Part shown: positions 8,895-17,694 of the stretch, piece by piece
Numbering within the stretch: position 1 is the stretch's first letter
Layout: every line of letters begins with the position of its first letter
Assembly (NCBI GenBank): GCA_036336795.1
Contig: JAYZFL010000011.1
Span: forward strand, 6,209-70,208
DNA: 64,000 nt
Direction of reading: 5' to 3'
DNA from: Gemmatimonadota bacterium
GTDB lineage: Bacteria; Gemmatimonadota; Gemmatimonadetes; Longimicrobiales; Gaopeijiaceae
Notes under the pieces: model-generated
What the model was told of the DNA's origin: nothing
The model's input: the letters and a program-made list of their open reading frames with translations, nothing else
Databases searched by the model: none
Translations under genes and position numbers: made by a program

Positions 8895-10196
8895 ATGCGC
8901 ATAACTCGTACCGTTCACCTGGTCCTTACCGTGGGACTGATCCTCGCGTTCGCTACGTGTACTGGCAGGTCATCGGACGACACCGATGTAGGTGGACTGA
9001 CAGCCGTCGTGGGCGCCCGTATTTGGGACGGTACGGGTGCCGATGTAATCCCAGACGGGGTACTCTTGATTCGCGATGGACGGATCATGGGGGTCGCGCC
9101 CGCGGATGAACTTGACATTCCGTCCGGAGCTGACGTTGTGGATTTGCAGGGCGGTACGGTCGTTCCTGGGCTCATAAATACTCATGGCCATGTAGGAGAT
9201 GTTCTCGGTTTGGAGGGAGGGCACTACGACCGAGACAATTTGATCAGGCAGCTTCGGCTTTACGCGGAGTATGGAGTAACGTCTGTGAACAGCCTCGGGG
9301 GAGACGGTCCTGCCGGGATCCTTTTACGAGATGAGCAAACGGCCCCTGGACTCAATCGAGCTCGCATTTTTGTTGCCGGTTCTGTGGTTACGGGAGCGAC
9401 TGAAGAGGCGGCGCTCTCCATGGTCCAAGAGAACGCGGACATGGGTGTCGATTGGATGAAGATTCGTGTGGATGACAACTTGGGTTCCACACGCAAAATG
9501 TCCCCAGAGATTTTCTCTGCGGTGATCGAGCGTAGTCACGATTTAGGAATACGCCTCGCGTCTCACCTCTTCTATCAAGATGACGCGAAGGCTCTACTGA
9601 GGGCGGGTAGCGACTTTATCGCTCATAGCGTTCGCGATGAAGATGTTGACGAGGAGTTCCTCGGCCTCCTGCGAGAGACGGGTGTCTGTTACTCACCGAC
9701 TCTAACGCGTGAGGTTTCCACTTTTATCTATGAAGATCGACCGGACTTCTTCGACGATCCGTTCTTTCTGGCGCATGCCGAGCTGGCCATATTGGATCTC
9801 CTCCAAGAACCGGATCGGCAGGCCAGGGTTCGAGCGAGTGCTAGTGCCCAACAGTACAAGGAGGCCTTACAGGTAGCTATGAGGAATGTGAAGAGGGTTG
9901 CCGATGCCGGTTTGCCCGTGGCATTCGGTACCGATACGGGGCCGGCTGGTCGCTTTCAGGGCTACTTCGAGCACATGGAGATGGCACTGATGGCTGACGC
10001 CGGCCTTGTTCCCGAACAGATTCTTCGTTCCGCGACGAGGGATGCTGCTAACTGCCTTGGCCTTGAGGATGAGATCGGCACGTTACTCCCCGGTCGGTGG
10101 GCCGATTTCCTTGTCGTAAGAGACGATCCGCTTATAGACATTGATAACCTGCGGAGCATGGAGTCCGTCTGGATCGCGGGAGAGCCACTGCGCTGA
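8895..10196 (+). CDS. amidohydrolase-superfamily metallohydrolase, lipoprotein
   Basis: Lipobox LILAFATC. The LINTHGHVG metal-binding HxH motif, later AHS and the GTDTG region are typical of the imidazolonepropionase/prolidase-like amidohydrolase family. Confidence 0.8.
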   Translation: MRITRTVHLVLTVGLILAFATCTGRSSDDTDVGGLTAVVGARIWDGTGADVIPDGVLLIRDGRIMGVAPADELDIPSGADVVDLQGGTVVPGLINTHGHVGDVLGLEGGHYDRDNLIRQLRLYAEYGVTSVNSLGGDGPAGILLRDEQTAPGLNRARIFVAGSVVTGATEEAALSMVQENADMGVDWMKIRVDDNLGSTRKMSPEIFSAVIERSHDLGIRLASHLFYQDDAKALLRAGSDFIAHSVRDEDVDEEFLGLLRETGVCYSPTLTREVSTFIYEDRPDFFDDPFFLAHAELAILDLLQEPDRQARVRASASAQQYKEALQVAMRNVKRVADAGLPVAFGTDTGPAGRFQGYFEHMEMALMADAGLVPEQILRSATRDAANCLGLEDEIGTLLPGRWADFLVVRDDPLIDIDNLRSMESVWIAGEPLR

Positions 10197-10304
10197 GGTC
10201 GGTTTGCTATACAGCCCGAGAGCCTTGCTATCCGGGTGGGGTTTGAATCTATTCCGCCGCCGCATCGGTGCGTCCACAACATTGGCATCTTGAGCACAGG
10301 ATTT

Positions 10305-11288
10305 ATGGAAACGAAGCGCCCCACCAGTCCGGCCGCCGAGGAGATTCTCGGAGGTTACTTTCCGGTTCTGGACCACGGATTTGTGGCTCTTGTCGACTAC
10401 ATGGGAACCGATGAGGACATTGAACGGGCAGCCCGGGTGAGCTACGGGTACGGGACTCGCAAGACAAGCCTAACACGTGGCCTCGTCCGGTACTTGAGAC
10501 GGCACCAGCACACGACACCCAGCGAGATGGTGGAGCTGAAATTTCACTGTGCAATGCCGATGTTCGTGGCTCGACAGTGGATACGTCACCGGACGGCCTC
10601 GGTGAATGAGTACAGTGGCCGTTATTCGCTAATGCCTCTCCTTTTTTACAAGCCTGATCTTGACCACTTCGCCCTTCAAAGTTCGGATAATCGCCAAGGG
10701 AGGGCGTCTGAGCCTGCTCCTGCAGCGCTGTACGAGAAGACCTTACGTCGCTGGGAAAAAGTCCGCGATGAGGCCTCACGTGGTTATCGTTGGATGGTGG
10801 AGGAGAACGTGGCTCGCGAGTTGGCCCGCATTGACCTTCCGCTCTCCACTTATACCCAGTGGTACTGGAAGATCGATCTCCACAACCTTTTCCACTTCTT
10901 AACGCTCCGGGTGGACCAACATGCACAGTGGGAGATCCAAGAATTCGCCCGGGTAATGGCTGGAATGTTGAAGAGAGTGGCCCCACTGAGTTACGAAGCC
11001 TGGATCGACTACAATGTCTGTGCCCACTCGATGAGTCGAGTTGAGATGGCGGCGTTGCGTCGATTGCTGGAAGCTGACGTCGACGGGATTCGGCCTAAAG
11101 AAGATGCAGGAGCCCTCGAACCCGAGGAACTCAAGGTGTTAGGCCTTTCCGGGCGTGAGATGCGCGAATTTGTCGACAAGCTCCAGCCTGTCAATATTCC
11201 GGATTACGAATTAGATATTTCAGTCATGCGGCGAGCTGAGGACGTGGCTGCGGAACTCGAGGAGGCAGTTCCTGGCTTATTCGAATAG
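10305..11288 (+). CDS. thyX: FAD-dependent thymidylate synthase
   Basis: ThyX signature ARQWIRHRTASVNEYSGRY (RHRxxS motif). N-terminal LDHGFVALVDYMGTDEDIERAARVSY matches ThyX. Start taken at ATG 10305. Carries a C-terminal extension of about 90 aa. Confidence 0.9.
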   Translation: METKRPTSPAAEEILGGYFPVLDHGFVALVDYMGTDEDIERAARVSYGYGTRKTSLTRGLVRYLRRHQHTTPSEMVELKFHCAMPMFVARQWIRHRTASVNEYSGRYSLMPLLFYKPDLDHFALQSSDNRQGRASEPAPAALYEKTLRRWEKVRDEASRGYRWMVEENVARELARIDLPLSTYTQWYWKIDLHNLFHFLTLRVDQHAQWEIQEFARVMAGMLKRVAPLSYEAWIDYNVCAHSMSRVEMAALRRLLEADVDGIRPKEDAGALEPEELKVLGLSGREMREFVDKLQPVNIPDYELDISVMRRAEDVAAELEEAVPGLFE

Positions 11289-11390
11289 TGGTTGGGAACT
11301 CTATCGGCCAAAGCTGTCGATGAGGGCGCGAGGTTCTCTTCGGATTTCTACATCCACACAGTTTTTTCAATCATCTCCTTCAGCTAGACG

Positions 11391-11927
11391 ATGAAAGAAC
11401 GGGCTGGTTACGGTAGAGAGGATTCCGCCGACGCGGCTCGCAAGACTCTTGTGACATTGATCATCCTGGTCTTAGCCATCTTCACTGCCTCGCTCTTTTT
11501 TATGGTCCTCGAGGGTGGCCAACGGATGCCGGAAGGCAGGCGGGTCCTCGCGATATTTCCGGTGGAAAGCTCAATGTCCGGGACGGCGTTGAGTCGATAT
11601 GCCGGCTTCGGCCAGGGCCTAGCGAGTTACTTCTCCCGGACCGATCCAATGGTCCTAGGTGTTTTGGGACCGGTTAGTACAGCTCCTTCCACGGTTCCTG
11701 GTTCGGACCCGTTAGCTGTGGGGATGGATTTGGGGGCTGATATCGTCCTAATCGGTCATGAGATTACTGGCGATTCCGATTCTATGTTTGTGGCGGAACT
11801 CTTCCGTGTCGACGATGGTGCCTCGTTGTGGAAAGGAGAGTTCGAGGTCGGGCAGGGGACGGATTTACGAGCGCTTCAAATACGGATTGGGGCAGAGGTA
11901 ACGGAGGTGCTCGACCTCCCCAGATAA
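11391..11927 (+). CDS. membrane-anchored hypothetical protein
   Basis: One N-terminal TM helix (LVTLIILVLAIFTASLFFMVL). The soluble part has an RVLAIFPVE...LGADIVLIGHE...LFRVDDGASLW pattern, loosely like TolB-N/FlgO-type domains. This is an eye-level impression only. Confidence 0.5.
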   Translation: MKERAGYGREDSADAARKTLVTLIILVLAIFTASLFFMVLEGGQRMPEGRRVLAIFPVESSMSGTALSRYAGFGQGLASYFSRTDPMVLGVLGPVSTAPSTVPGSDPLAVGMDLGADIVLIGHEITGDSDSMFVAELFRVDDGASLWKGEFEVGQGTDLRALQIRIGAEVTEVLDLPR

Positions 11928-11988
11928 TAAGCTGAGTCTAGGCTTCCCCACGTTGAATTATAACCACTCCGGGTGCCTCTGCTTCGGT

Positions 11989-12894
11989 TTAGGCAAGGGC
12001 CGCTCGCACCGTCCCACAGTGGATCTCTACGGTGTCGGATGGATTGATAGCGTACCCTCCGGCGAGAGTGACGGCCACGCCCGAGCCGCAGTCGGCCGCA
12101 GATTTCATGACGAAGTCGTCACGCTGCCTTAGGCCGCAGAGGGACAAACCCAGGCCTCCGAGTTGGTCGATCTCGTAAGGGTCAGCTCCAGCTAAATAGA
12201 TGACGAGCTGAGGTTGATGGTCCTCCAGAATGCGCGGAAGGTGCTCCGTTAGGATGGCCAAGTACTCGTCATCTCCTACACCGTTCTCAAGGCCGACATC
12301 GAGATCTCCCGGTGGCTTTATGCTGGGATAGTTCCGTTGCTGATGCATGGAAAACGTAAAGATCCGCGGTTCATCGGCAAAAATGGCGGCCGTGCCGTTT
12401 CCGTGGTGAACGTCGAGATCGACGATGGTGATCCTCTCGACGGTTTTTTCGGTCAACAGGCTCGCAGCTGCTATCGCTACGTCGTTGAGAAGGCAGAAGC
12501 CTTCTCCGTGATCTGCGAAGGCGTGATGGAAGCCGCCACCCAGATGCACAGCTCGTCCGTGATTGAGGGCGAGTCTCCCTGCTAGGGTTGTGCCGGCCGC
12601 ACAGAAAAGGGAGGCCTCACGAACTGCATCGGAAAATGGAATCTCCAAGATGCCCTCCTCCTGCGGTGTGAATCTGCCCTTGAGCACCTTCTGCCAATAT
12701 GAGGGCGTATGGACCCGAAGTACGTCTTGGGAAGAAGCTGACCTGGGAGAGTGCAGGGTCAGGTTGCTCAATAAGCCCTCGGCCTCCAAGCGCTCTTTGA
12801 CGAGCCGGTATTTTTCTACCTGGAAGACGTGCTGGCCGATGTCGACCTCGTAGAAGGGGCACCAGACGACGGGAACCCCCCCGACTTCACTCAT
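11989..12894 (-). CDS. histone deacetylase-family amidohydrolase (AcuC / acetylpolyamine amidohydrolase-like)
   Basis: GGGFHHAFADHGEGFCLLNDVAIAA and DLDVHHGNGT are the classical HDAC zinc and active-site motifs. Confidence 0.85.
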   Translation of the reverse strand: MSEVGGVPVVWCPFYEVDIGQHVFQVEKYRLVKERLEAEGLLSNLTLHSPRSASSQDVLRVHTPSYWQKVLKGRFTPQEEGILEIPFSDAVREASLFCAAGTTLAGRLALNHGRAVHLGGGFHHAFADHGEGFCLLNDVAIAAASLLTEKTVERITIVDLDVHHGNGTAAIFADEPRIFTFSMHQQRNYPSIKPPGDLDVGLENGVGDDEYLAILTEHLPRILEDHQPQLVIYLAGADPYEIDQLGGLGLSLCGLRQRDDFVMKSAADCGSGVAVTLAGGYAINPSDTVEIHCGTVRAALA

Positions 12895-13088
12895 GGTTCA
12901 GTTTTCCTTTAACGGTTGTCGTAGTTCCGGTAACGCGTACCCCGAAACGGTTAGGCATGTCCATAAGTACCTTGAAGAGTCAGGCGTAAGTTCCAACTTG
13001 TGGATCTTGTGCACTTTGATCGCAGCTTGCTCGATACCCAGCCCATGCCTACCATCGCCCATCACCTATCACCACTGGGGAGTCAGAT

Positions 13089-13553
13089 ATGGGAGACGTC
13101 GTCTACACGTCGAAGATTGGGGTTGAGCGGATTAGGGGCCCTCTGCGGAAAGCTCGCCTTCCTGCGACGGAAGAGCCGGTGATGTTCGGTGTGCACGGTG
13201 CTATTGCTGAGCACTATGGTGTGGAAGGAGGAACGGAGACCACCACCACACTAGATTATGTGATCGCGGCTACGGGTGGCTGACTGACTGGGACCCTCGG
13301 TGGCGCGCTGGAGGCGCGTGGGATTTCAGCAAGTGAGGGTCGTCTCACAGCGGCCGTGACAGGTGAAGTGGAAAAAGAAGACGAAGTCCTAGTGATTCGG
13401 CGAATCCATGTCCGTTATCGGTTACTTGGTGCTCCTCAGAACGAGGTCACTGCTCGTCGAGTACACGACATACATCGCTCACGCTGTCCCGTCTACCGGT
13501 CTATCTCTGGATGTATCGATGTCTCGACGGAGCTTGAATTTGAGACAGATTAG
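13089..13553 (+). CDS. OsmC/Ohr-family protein read through an in-frame UGA (13281-13283): candidate selenoprotein; alternatively a nonsense pseudogene
   Basis: Track ORFs 13089..13283 and 13356..13553 are in the same frame, with no other stop between them. The joined 154-codon product has the OsmC pattern, IAATGG-[UGA]-LTGTLGGALEARGI ... RSRCPVYRS. The UGA aligns with the first conserved Cys of the OsmC paralogue at 44079-44513. GGGGAG lies 6 nt upstream of ATG 13089. Confidence 0.6.
13292..13341 (+). promoter_or_regulatory. candidate bacterial SECIS-like hairpin downstream of the in-frame UGA
   Basis: The GC stem 13304-13308/13314-13318 carries the loop UGGAG, which lies 26-30 nt 3' of the UGA. 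A possible outer 7-bp helix pairs 13292-13298 with 13335-13341. Folded by eye only. Confidence 0.35.
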
Positions 13554-14917
13554 GCCACCCAGACCGTCTTGACGTTTACGAACTCCCGGATACCCATCGG
13601 AGAGAGTTCTCGTCCGTAGCCACTCTGTTTTATTCCGCCGAAAGGAAGCCTCGGGTCGGACCGGACGAAAGAGTTCACGAAACACGCTCCGGCCTCCAGC
13701 CACTCTGACGCGAGTCTTTCACCCTTCTCCACGTCGCTCGTGTAGATGGATGCTCCGAGACCGTACACGGTTGTGTTCGCGACCCGGAGAGCCTCGTCCT
13801 CGTCGGCGACCGGGATAATTGACACCACGGGCCCGAAGAGCTCTTCGTCGTATGCTGGCATTCCTGGTCCGACGTCCGTGAGTACCGTAGGCGGATAGAA
13901 GAAACCCGGGCCTTCGGGTAGTTCCCCACCGAGCACTACTCGGGCACCGTGAGCTACACTGATTGTTACCTGACGGTGGAGGTTTTCACGGAGATCGAAT
14001 CGGGCGATAGGTCCCAAGGTTGTAGCGGGTTCGGTGGGATCTCCTGGAACCACTTCGGACATCCGGTTAACCACACGGGCCTGGAAGGCGTCCCGAACGC
14101 TTTGTACAACGATGAGTCGCTTCGCCGCAATGCAGCTCTGGCCAGAGTTATTGAGCCGACTTTCGACACATGCGTCAGCGGCGACATCGAGATCAGCGTC
14201 AGCCAGGATCACACTGGGATCACTCCCCCCGAGCTCGAGCACGCTCTTCTTGATCACCGAACCGGCCGCTGCGGCTACCGCTCGTCCGGCCGTTGTGGAG
14301 CCGGTAAGCGTCACCGCTTTAATTCGATCGTCTCGAATGATGGTATCCACCTCCGGCACGTCAACCACCAAGGTACGAAAGAGATGCTCCGGATATCCTG
14401 CTGTCCGGAATAGTTCCTCAAGGGCGAGGCCACATCCGGTGACATTGGGAGCGTGCTTTAGGATCGCCGCATTTCCTGCCGTCAGGGTAGGAGCGGCGAA
14501 GCGGACGACTTGCCAAAAGGGAAAATTCCAGGGCATGATCGCCAGAATGATCCCGAGCGGCTGGAAGGTTACCAAGCTCCGTGAAGCATCACTTTCTACG
14601 ATTTGGTCGGCCAATGACTCCGGAGCGCTTTCCGAATAGTAATCACACACCCAGGCACACTTGTGGATCTCCTGTTCGGCTGCGTTCAGGGGCTTGCCCA
14701 TCTCCTCGGCCATGAGTTCGGCGTATTCACTCGCTCGGGTTCGCAAATGATCTGCTAGCCTCCGCAGAGGTTCGATGCGCTCCGATAGATCGAATCTCCT
14801 CCACGATTGAAAGGTGTCCTCGGTGGCCCTGAGTACTTCCTCGATCTGGGCAGAGGACATTTCCGAGTAGTTCGCGATTCTTTTACCGGTGGAGGGATTA
14901 ACCGTCGTAATAGCCAT
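13550..14917 (-). CDS. NAD(P)+-dependent aldehyde dehydrogenase, succinate-semialdehyde dehydrogenase-like
   Basis: 455 aa. The ALDH motifs ELGGSDP (Glu region) and NSGQSCIAAKR (catalytic Cys) are present. The N-terminus TVNPSTGKRIANY resembles Sad/GabD-type enzymes. Confidence 0.85.
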   Translation of the reverse strand: MAITTVNPSTGKRIANYSEMSSAQIEEVLRATEDTFQSWRRFDLSERIEPLRRLADHLRTRASEYAELMAEEMGKPLNAAEQEIHKCAWVCDYYSESAPESLADQIVESDASRSLVTFQPLGIILAIMPWNFPFWQVVRFAAPTLTAGNAAILKHAPNVTGCGLALEELFRTAGYPEHLFRTLVVDVPEVDTIIRDDRIKAVTLTGSTTAGRAVAAAAGSVIKKSVLELGGSDPSVILADADLDVAADACVESRLNNSGQSCIAAKRLIVVQSVRDAFQARVVNRMSEVVPGDPTEPATTLGPIARFDLRENLHRQVTISVAHGARVVLGGELPEGPGFFYPPTVLTDVGPGMPAYDEELFGPVVSIIPVADEDEALRVANTTVYGLGASIYTSDVEKGERLASEWLEAGACFVNSFVRSDPRLPFGGIKQSGYGRELSPMGIREFVNVKTVWVA

Positions 14918-15117
14918 GGAACTGGTTCCTCACCGTGACTCTGGAAAAAGTGAAGAGGAAGGATGGGGATCCCGCTGGAAGATCGCTAGGAGTTAAACCC
15001 GCCGAGCTGTGAGAGTCTATTCAGGCGGGTTCGTACTCGTGACTCGGTGCTTGCTATTCACGGCTCCTTAATAGCCGGATGCATTGCACGGGTCTCCAAT
15101 AGCTCCGATCTTGAACC

Positions 15118-16938
15118 ATGCAGATCGGATATATTGACGGTGCGCGTCTACGCCGTGCGCTGACTGCCGCTTGCCAGTGGGCCCGGGAACAGCGAAGCGA
15201 GCTGAACCGGATCAACGTTTTCCCTGTGCCGGATGGGGATACGGGGACGAATCTGGCTCTTACCGTCCAGGCGATCACCGATCATCTCAAAGATAGTAGA
15301 GATCGATCCGTGGGTATCGTGGCGTCGGAGGCGGCACGAGCTGCGGTCTTGGGTGCCCGTGGGAACTGTGGAATGATGCTCTCTCAGTTCTTGCTCGGAT
15401 TTGCACGTAATCTGGAAGGGCGGGATCGGATCAACGCTCGTGATTTCGGCACGGCGCTAGGGGCCGGTGTGGAGAACCTGTACGGTTCTCTGGAAGACCC
15501 GGTGGAGGGGACCATTGTCACAGTCATGCGCGAGACGGCGGATGCCGTGTCACAGACGGAAACCAGGGACATCGCTACTTTGATCGAGTTCATGCTCGAG
15601 AGTGCTCGCCGTTCGTTGGATCGGACTCCAGATCTGCTTCCCGTTCTAAAGTCTGCCGGAGTAGTGGACGCAGGAGGAAAGGGATTTGTAAGCCTTCTGG
15701 AGGGTGTGTCGTTGTTTCTGAGAGGAGAGCCCTTGTCGCAGAATCCCAGAGCGGAGTCTCCGGTGGGAACACCCGTGTTGGGTGCGGTTGAGTATCCGGA
15801 CAGGGTGGAGCAGTACCGCTTTTGTACTGAGGCGCTCGTTCGCGGAGATAAGCTTCCAACACAAGATCGTGTGCGGGGTCATCTCAGGGAGCATGGTGAT
15901 TCAGTAATCGTTATCCGGTCCGAAGATGTGCTCAAGGTTCACATCCACACGGACGTTCCCGAGGACATTTTCAGTTACCTGGGGGCGCTCGGCACACTCG
16001 TCACTCACAAGGCTGAGGACATGAGGGTTCAGCATGAGGTGGCCGCACGCGCCTCTGGTACTCATCTGTCACTCGTTCGCCGCCCAGTCGGAATCTTGAC
16101 TGACAGTGGCTGTGATCTTTCCAAGGAGATTATACGGGCACACGGCATTGAAGTCGTACCGTTGATGCTGATGGACGGTGAGAAAGCCTACAGGGATGGC
16201 GTTGACGTCACACCAGAAGAGTTCCACGAGATGATGGCGTCCCAAGACACCCTACCCACTACCTCGCAGCCTTCGCCGGGCGCATTCTTGGAGGGGTACC
16301 AGCGGGCGGCGCAGGACTCTGAACAGGTAATTGCTGTCGTGCTCAGCTCCAGTCTTTCTGGGACCTTTGCCTCAGCGGAGTCCGCGGTCGCAGAGGCGCC
16401 AAACCTTCCTGTCCACCTCGCAGATTCTCTGGGTACATCGCTCCTTCACGGACTTTTGGTTTTGAAGGCCGCAGAGCTGGCGGAATTAGCCATGCCTCCT
16501 GCTGAGATCGTGAGCGAGTTGACACGGATCCGTAGTCGGTCCGGTATGCTTTTTACAGTCGATACCTTCGATCGGATCCTGGCGTCAGGACGGGTGGGAA
16601 AGGGTAAGGCATTCCTCGGAACACTCCTCAATCTCAAACCGATCTTGTGTCTGGACCGGCAAGGCACGGTACTCCCCCGAGGGAAGGCTATGGGTCGGAA
16701 GCGCGTCATAAGGGCGTTGTTGGATGCGATGCAGGAAGATATGGGCAGTGTGCCCCAAACGGTGCGCTTCGGGATCGTTCACGTAGGGATCCCGGAGATC
16801 ATCCCGGAAGTGAGTGAGATGTTAGTGGAGCGCTATGGTGAAGTCGAAATCCTTACGGCTCCGGCTACTCCGGTTATCTCCACGCACTTGGGGATTGGCG
16901 CGTGGGGATTGGCCTACATGGTGGAAGATTCACCGTAA
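15118..16938 (+). CDS. fusion protein: DhaL/Dak2 (FakA N-terminal and central domains) + DegV (FakB-like fatty-acid-binding) domain
   Basis: The N-terminus has VFPVPDGDTGTNL (Dak2/DhaL nucleotide-binding motif), and YRFCTEALV...LKVHIHTDVPE resembles the YloV/FakA central domain. The C-terminal 280 aa has the DegV hallmarks ILTDSGCDL, TSQPSPGAF and LSSSLSGTFASA. Confidence 0.8.
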   Translation: MQIGYIDGARLRRALTAACQWAREQRSELNRINVFPVPDGDTGTNLALTVQAITDHLKDSRDRSVGIVASEAARAAVLGARGNCGMMLSQFLLGFARNLEGRDRINARDFGTALGAGVENLYGSLEDPVEGTIVTVMRETADAVSQTETRDIATLIEFMLESARRSLDRTPDLLPVLKSAGVVDAGGKGFVSLLEGVSLFLRGEPLSQNPRAESPVGTPVLGAVEYPDRVEQYRFCTEALVRGDKLPTQDRVRGHLREHGDSVIVIRSEDVLKVHIHTDVPEDIFSYLGALGTLVTHKAEDMRVQHEVAARASGTHLSLVRRPVGILTDSGCDLSKEIIRAHGIEVVPLMLMDGEKAYRDGVDVTPEEFHEMMASQDTLPTTSQPSPGAFLEGYQRAAQDSEQVIAVVLSSSLSGTFASAESAVAEAPNLPVHLADSLGTSLLHGLLVLKAAELAELAMPPAEIVSELTRIRSRSGMLFTVDTFDRILASGRVGKGKAFLGTLLNLKPILCLDRQGTVLPRGKAMGRKRVIRALLDAMQEDMGSVPQTVRFGIVHVGIPEIIPEVSEMLVERYGEVEILTAPATPVISTHLGIGAWGLAYMVEDSP

Positions 16939-16954
16939 TCGGTTCCGAAGGGCT

Positions 16955-17236
16955 CTACGGCAGTTCCTCCCCTATCGCTACAACAGCCTGTTCCGGGACG
17001 AGATGTAGGTCGTCTTCGACTAGGCGTGCGGCCTCGTGCAAGATGATAACTAGCGTACCAGCATTGAGCCCGTCGTCCTGACCTGGGATGTCGTAGTCGT
17101 CACTTGGCGTATGTAAAACGATCTCACCTCTCCGGAGAGAACGGTCTGCGCAGGTCCCCACGAGGCGTACAGTAGCCCATCCGGGGCGAGGTGCCCACAT
17201 GAGATTCGTCGGTGTCCTCATCCGCTCATCCGTCAC
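16955..17236 (-). CDS. hypothetical protein (93 aa)
   Basis: Its start overlaps the stop of the upstream ORF by 4 nt (ATGA at 17233-17236). No recognisable motif. Confidence 0.4.
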   Translation of the reverse strand: MTDERMRTPTNLMWAPRPGWATVRLVGTCADRSLRRGEIVLHTPSDDYDIPGQDDGLNAGTLVIILHEAARLVEDDLHLVPEQAVVAIGEELP

Positions 17237-17694
17237 AGCGTCCCTCCTTGCTCTCGTAGTCTTTTCCTACCCGACACGAGTAGGTCGTAAGTGGCTCGTT
17301 GAGCCGAAGAAAGCTCGGCGGGTAGTCCCACGACGAGCGCGTGCCCTTTGGTTTCATCGGGAATGTGAAGAACCATGCGGTCCTTGGGGGCGGGCGGATT
17401 ATAGTTATACATCCGACCCGTAGTATCTATTTCAACCGGATTGCCCGGCGTCGTCAACTCAGCGATACGGCATCCGTATTGCTGCCAAGCGATCAGAGGG
17501 TCGGCACCGGAGTCGACGATGGATGGGATGAGTAGATTCTGATGGTAATCGACCGCTTCGTGGTAGGCATCCGGATCTTCGGCTTTCATCTGTCGTAGCC
17601 GATCCCTATAGAATTCCCTCGGGTCCTTGGCGCTGGTCCGCTCCAAGGCCTCTTCAAAGAGTCGGTCAGCGCGTTTCTGAATTTCTTGATCCAT
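17233..17694 (-). CDS. hypothetical protein (153 aa)
   Basis: ATG-initiated ORF downstream of rho on the same strand. Charged helical N-terminus. No recognisable family. Confidence 0.5.
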   Translation of the reverse strand: MDQEIQKRADRLFEEALERTSAKDPREFYRDRLRQMKAEDPDAYHEAVDYHQNLLIPSIVDSGADPLIAWQQYGCRIAELTTPGNPVEIDTTGRMYNYNPPAPKDRMVLHIPDETKGHALVVGLPAELSSAQRATYDLLVSGRKRLREQGGTL

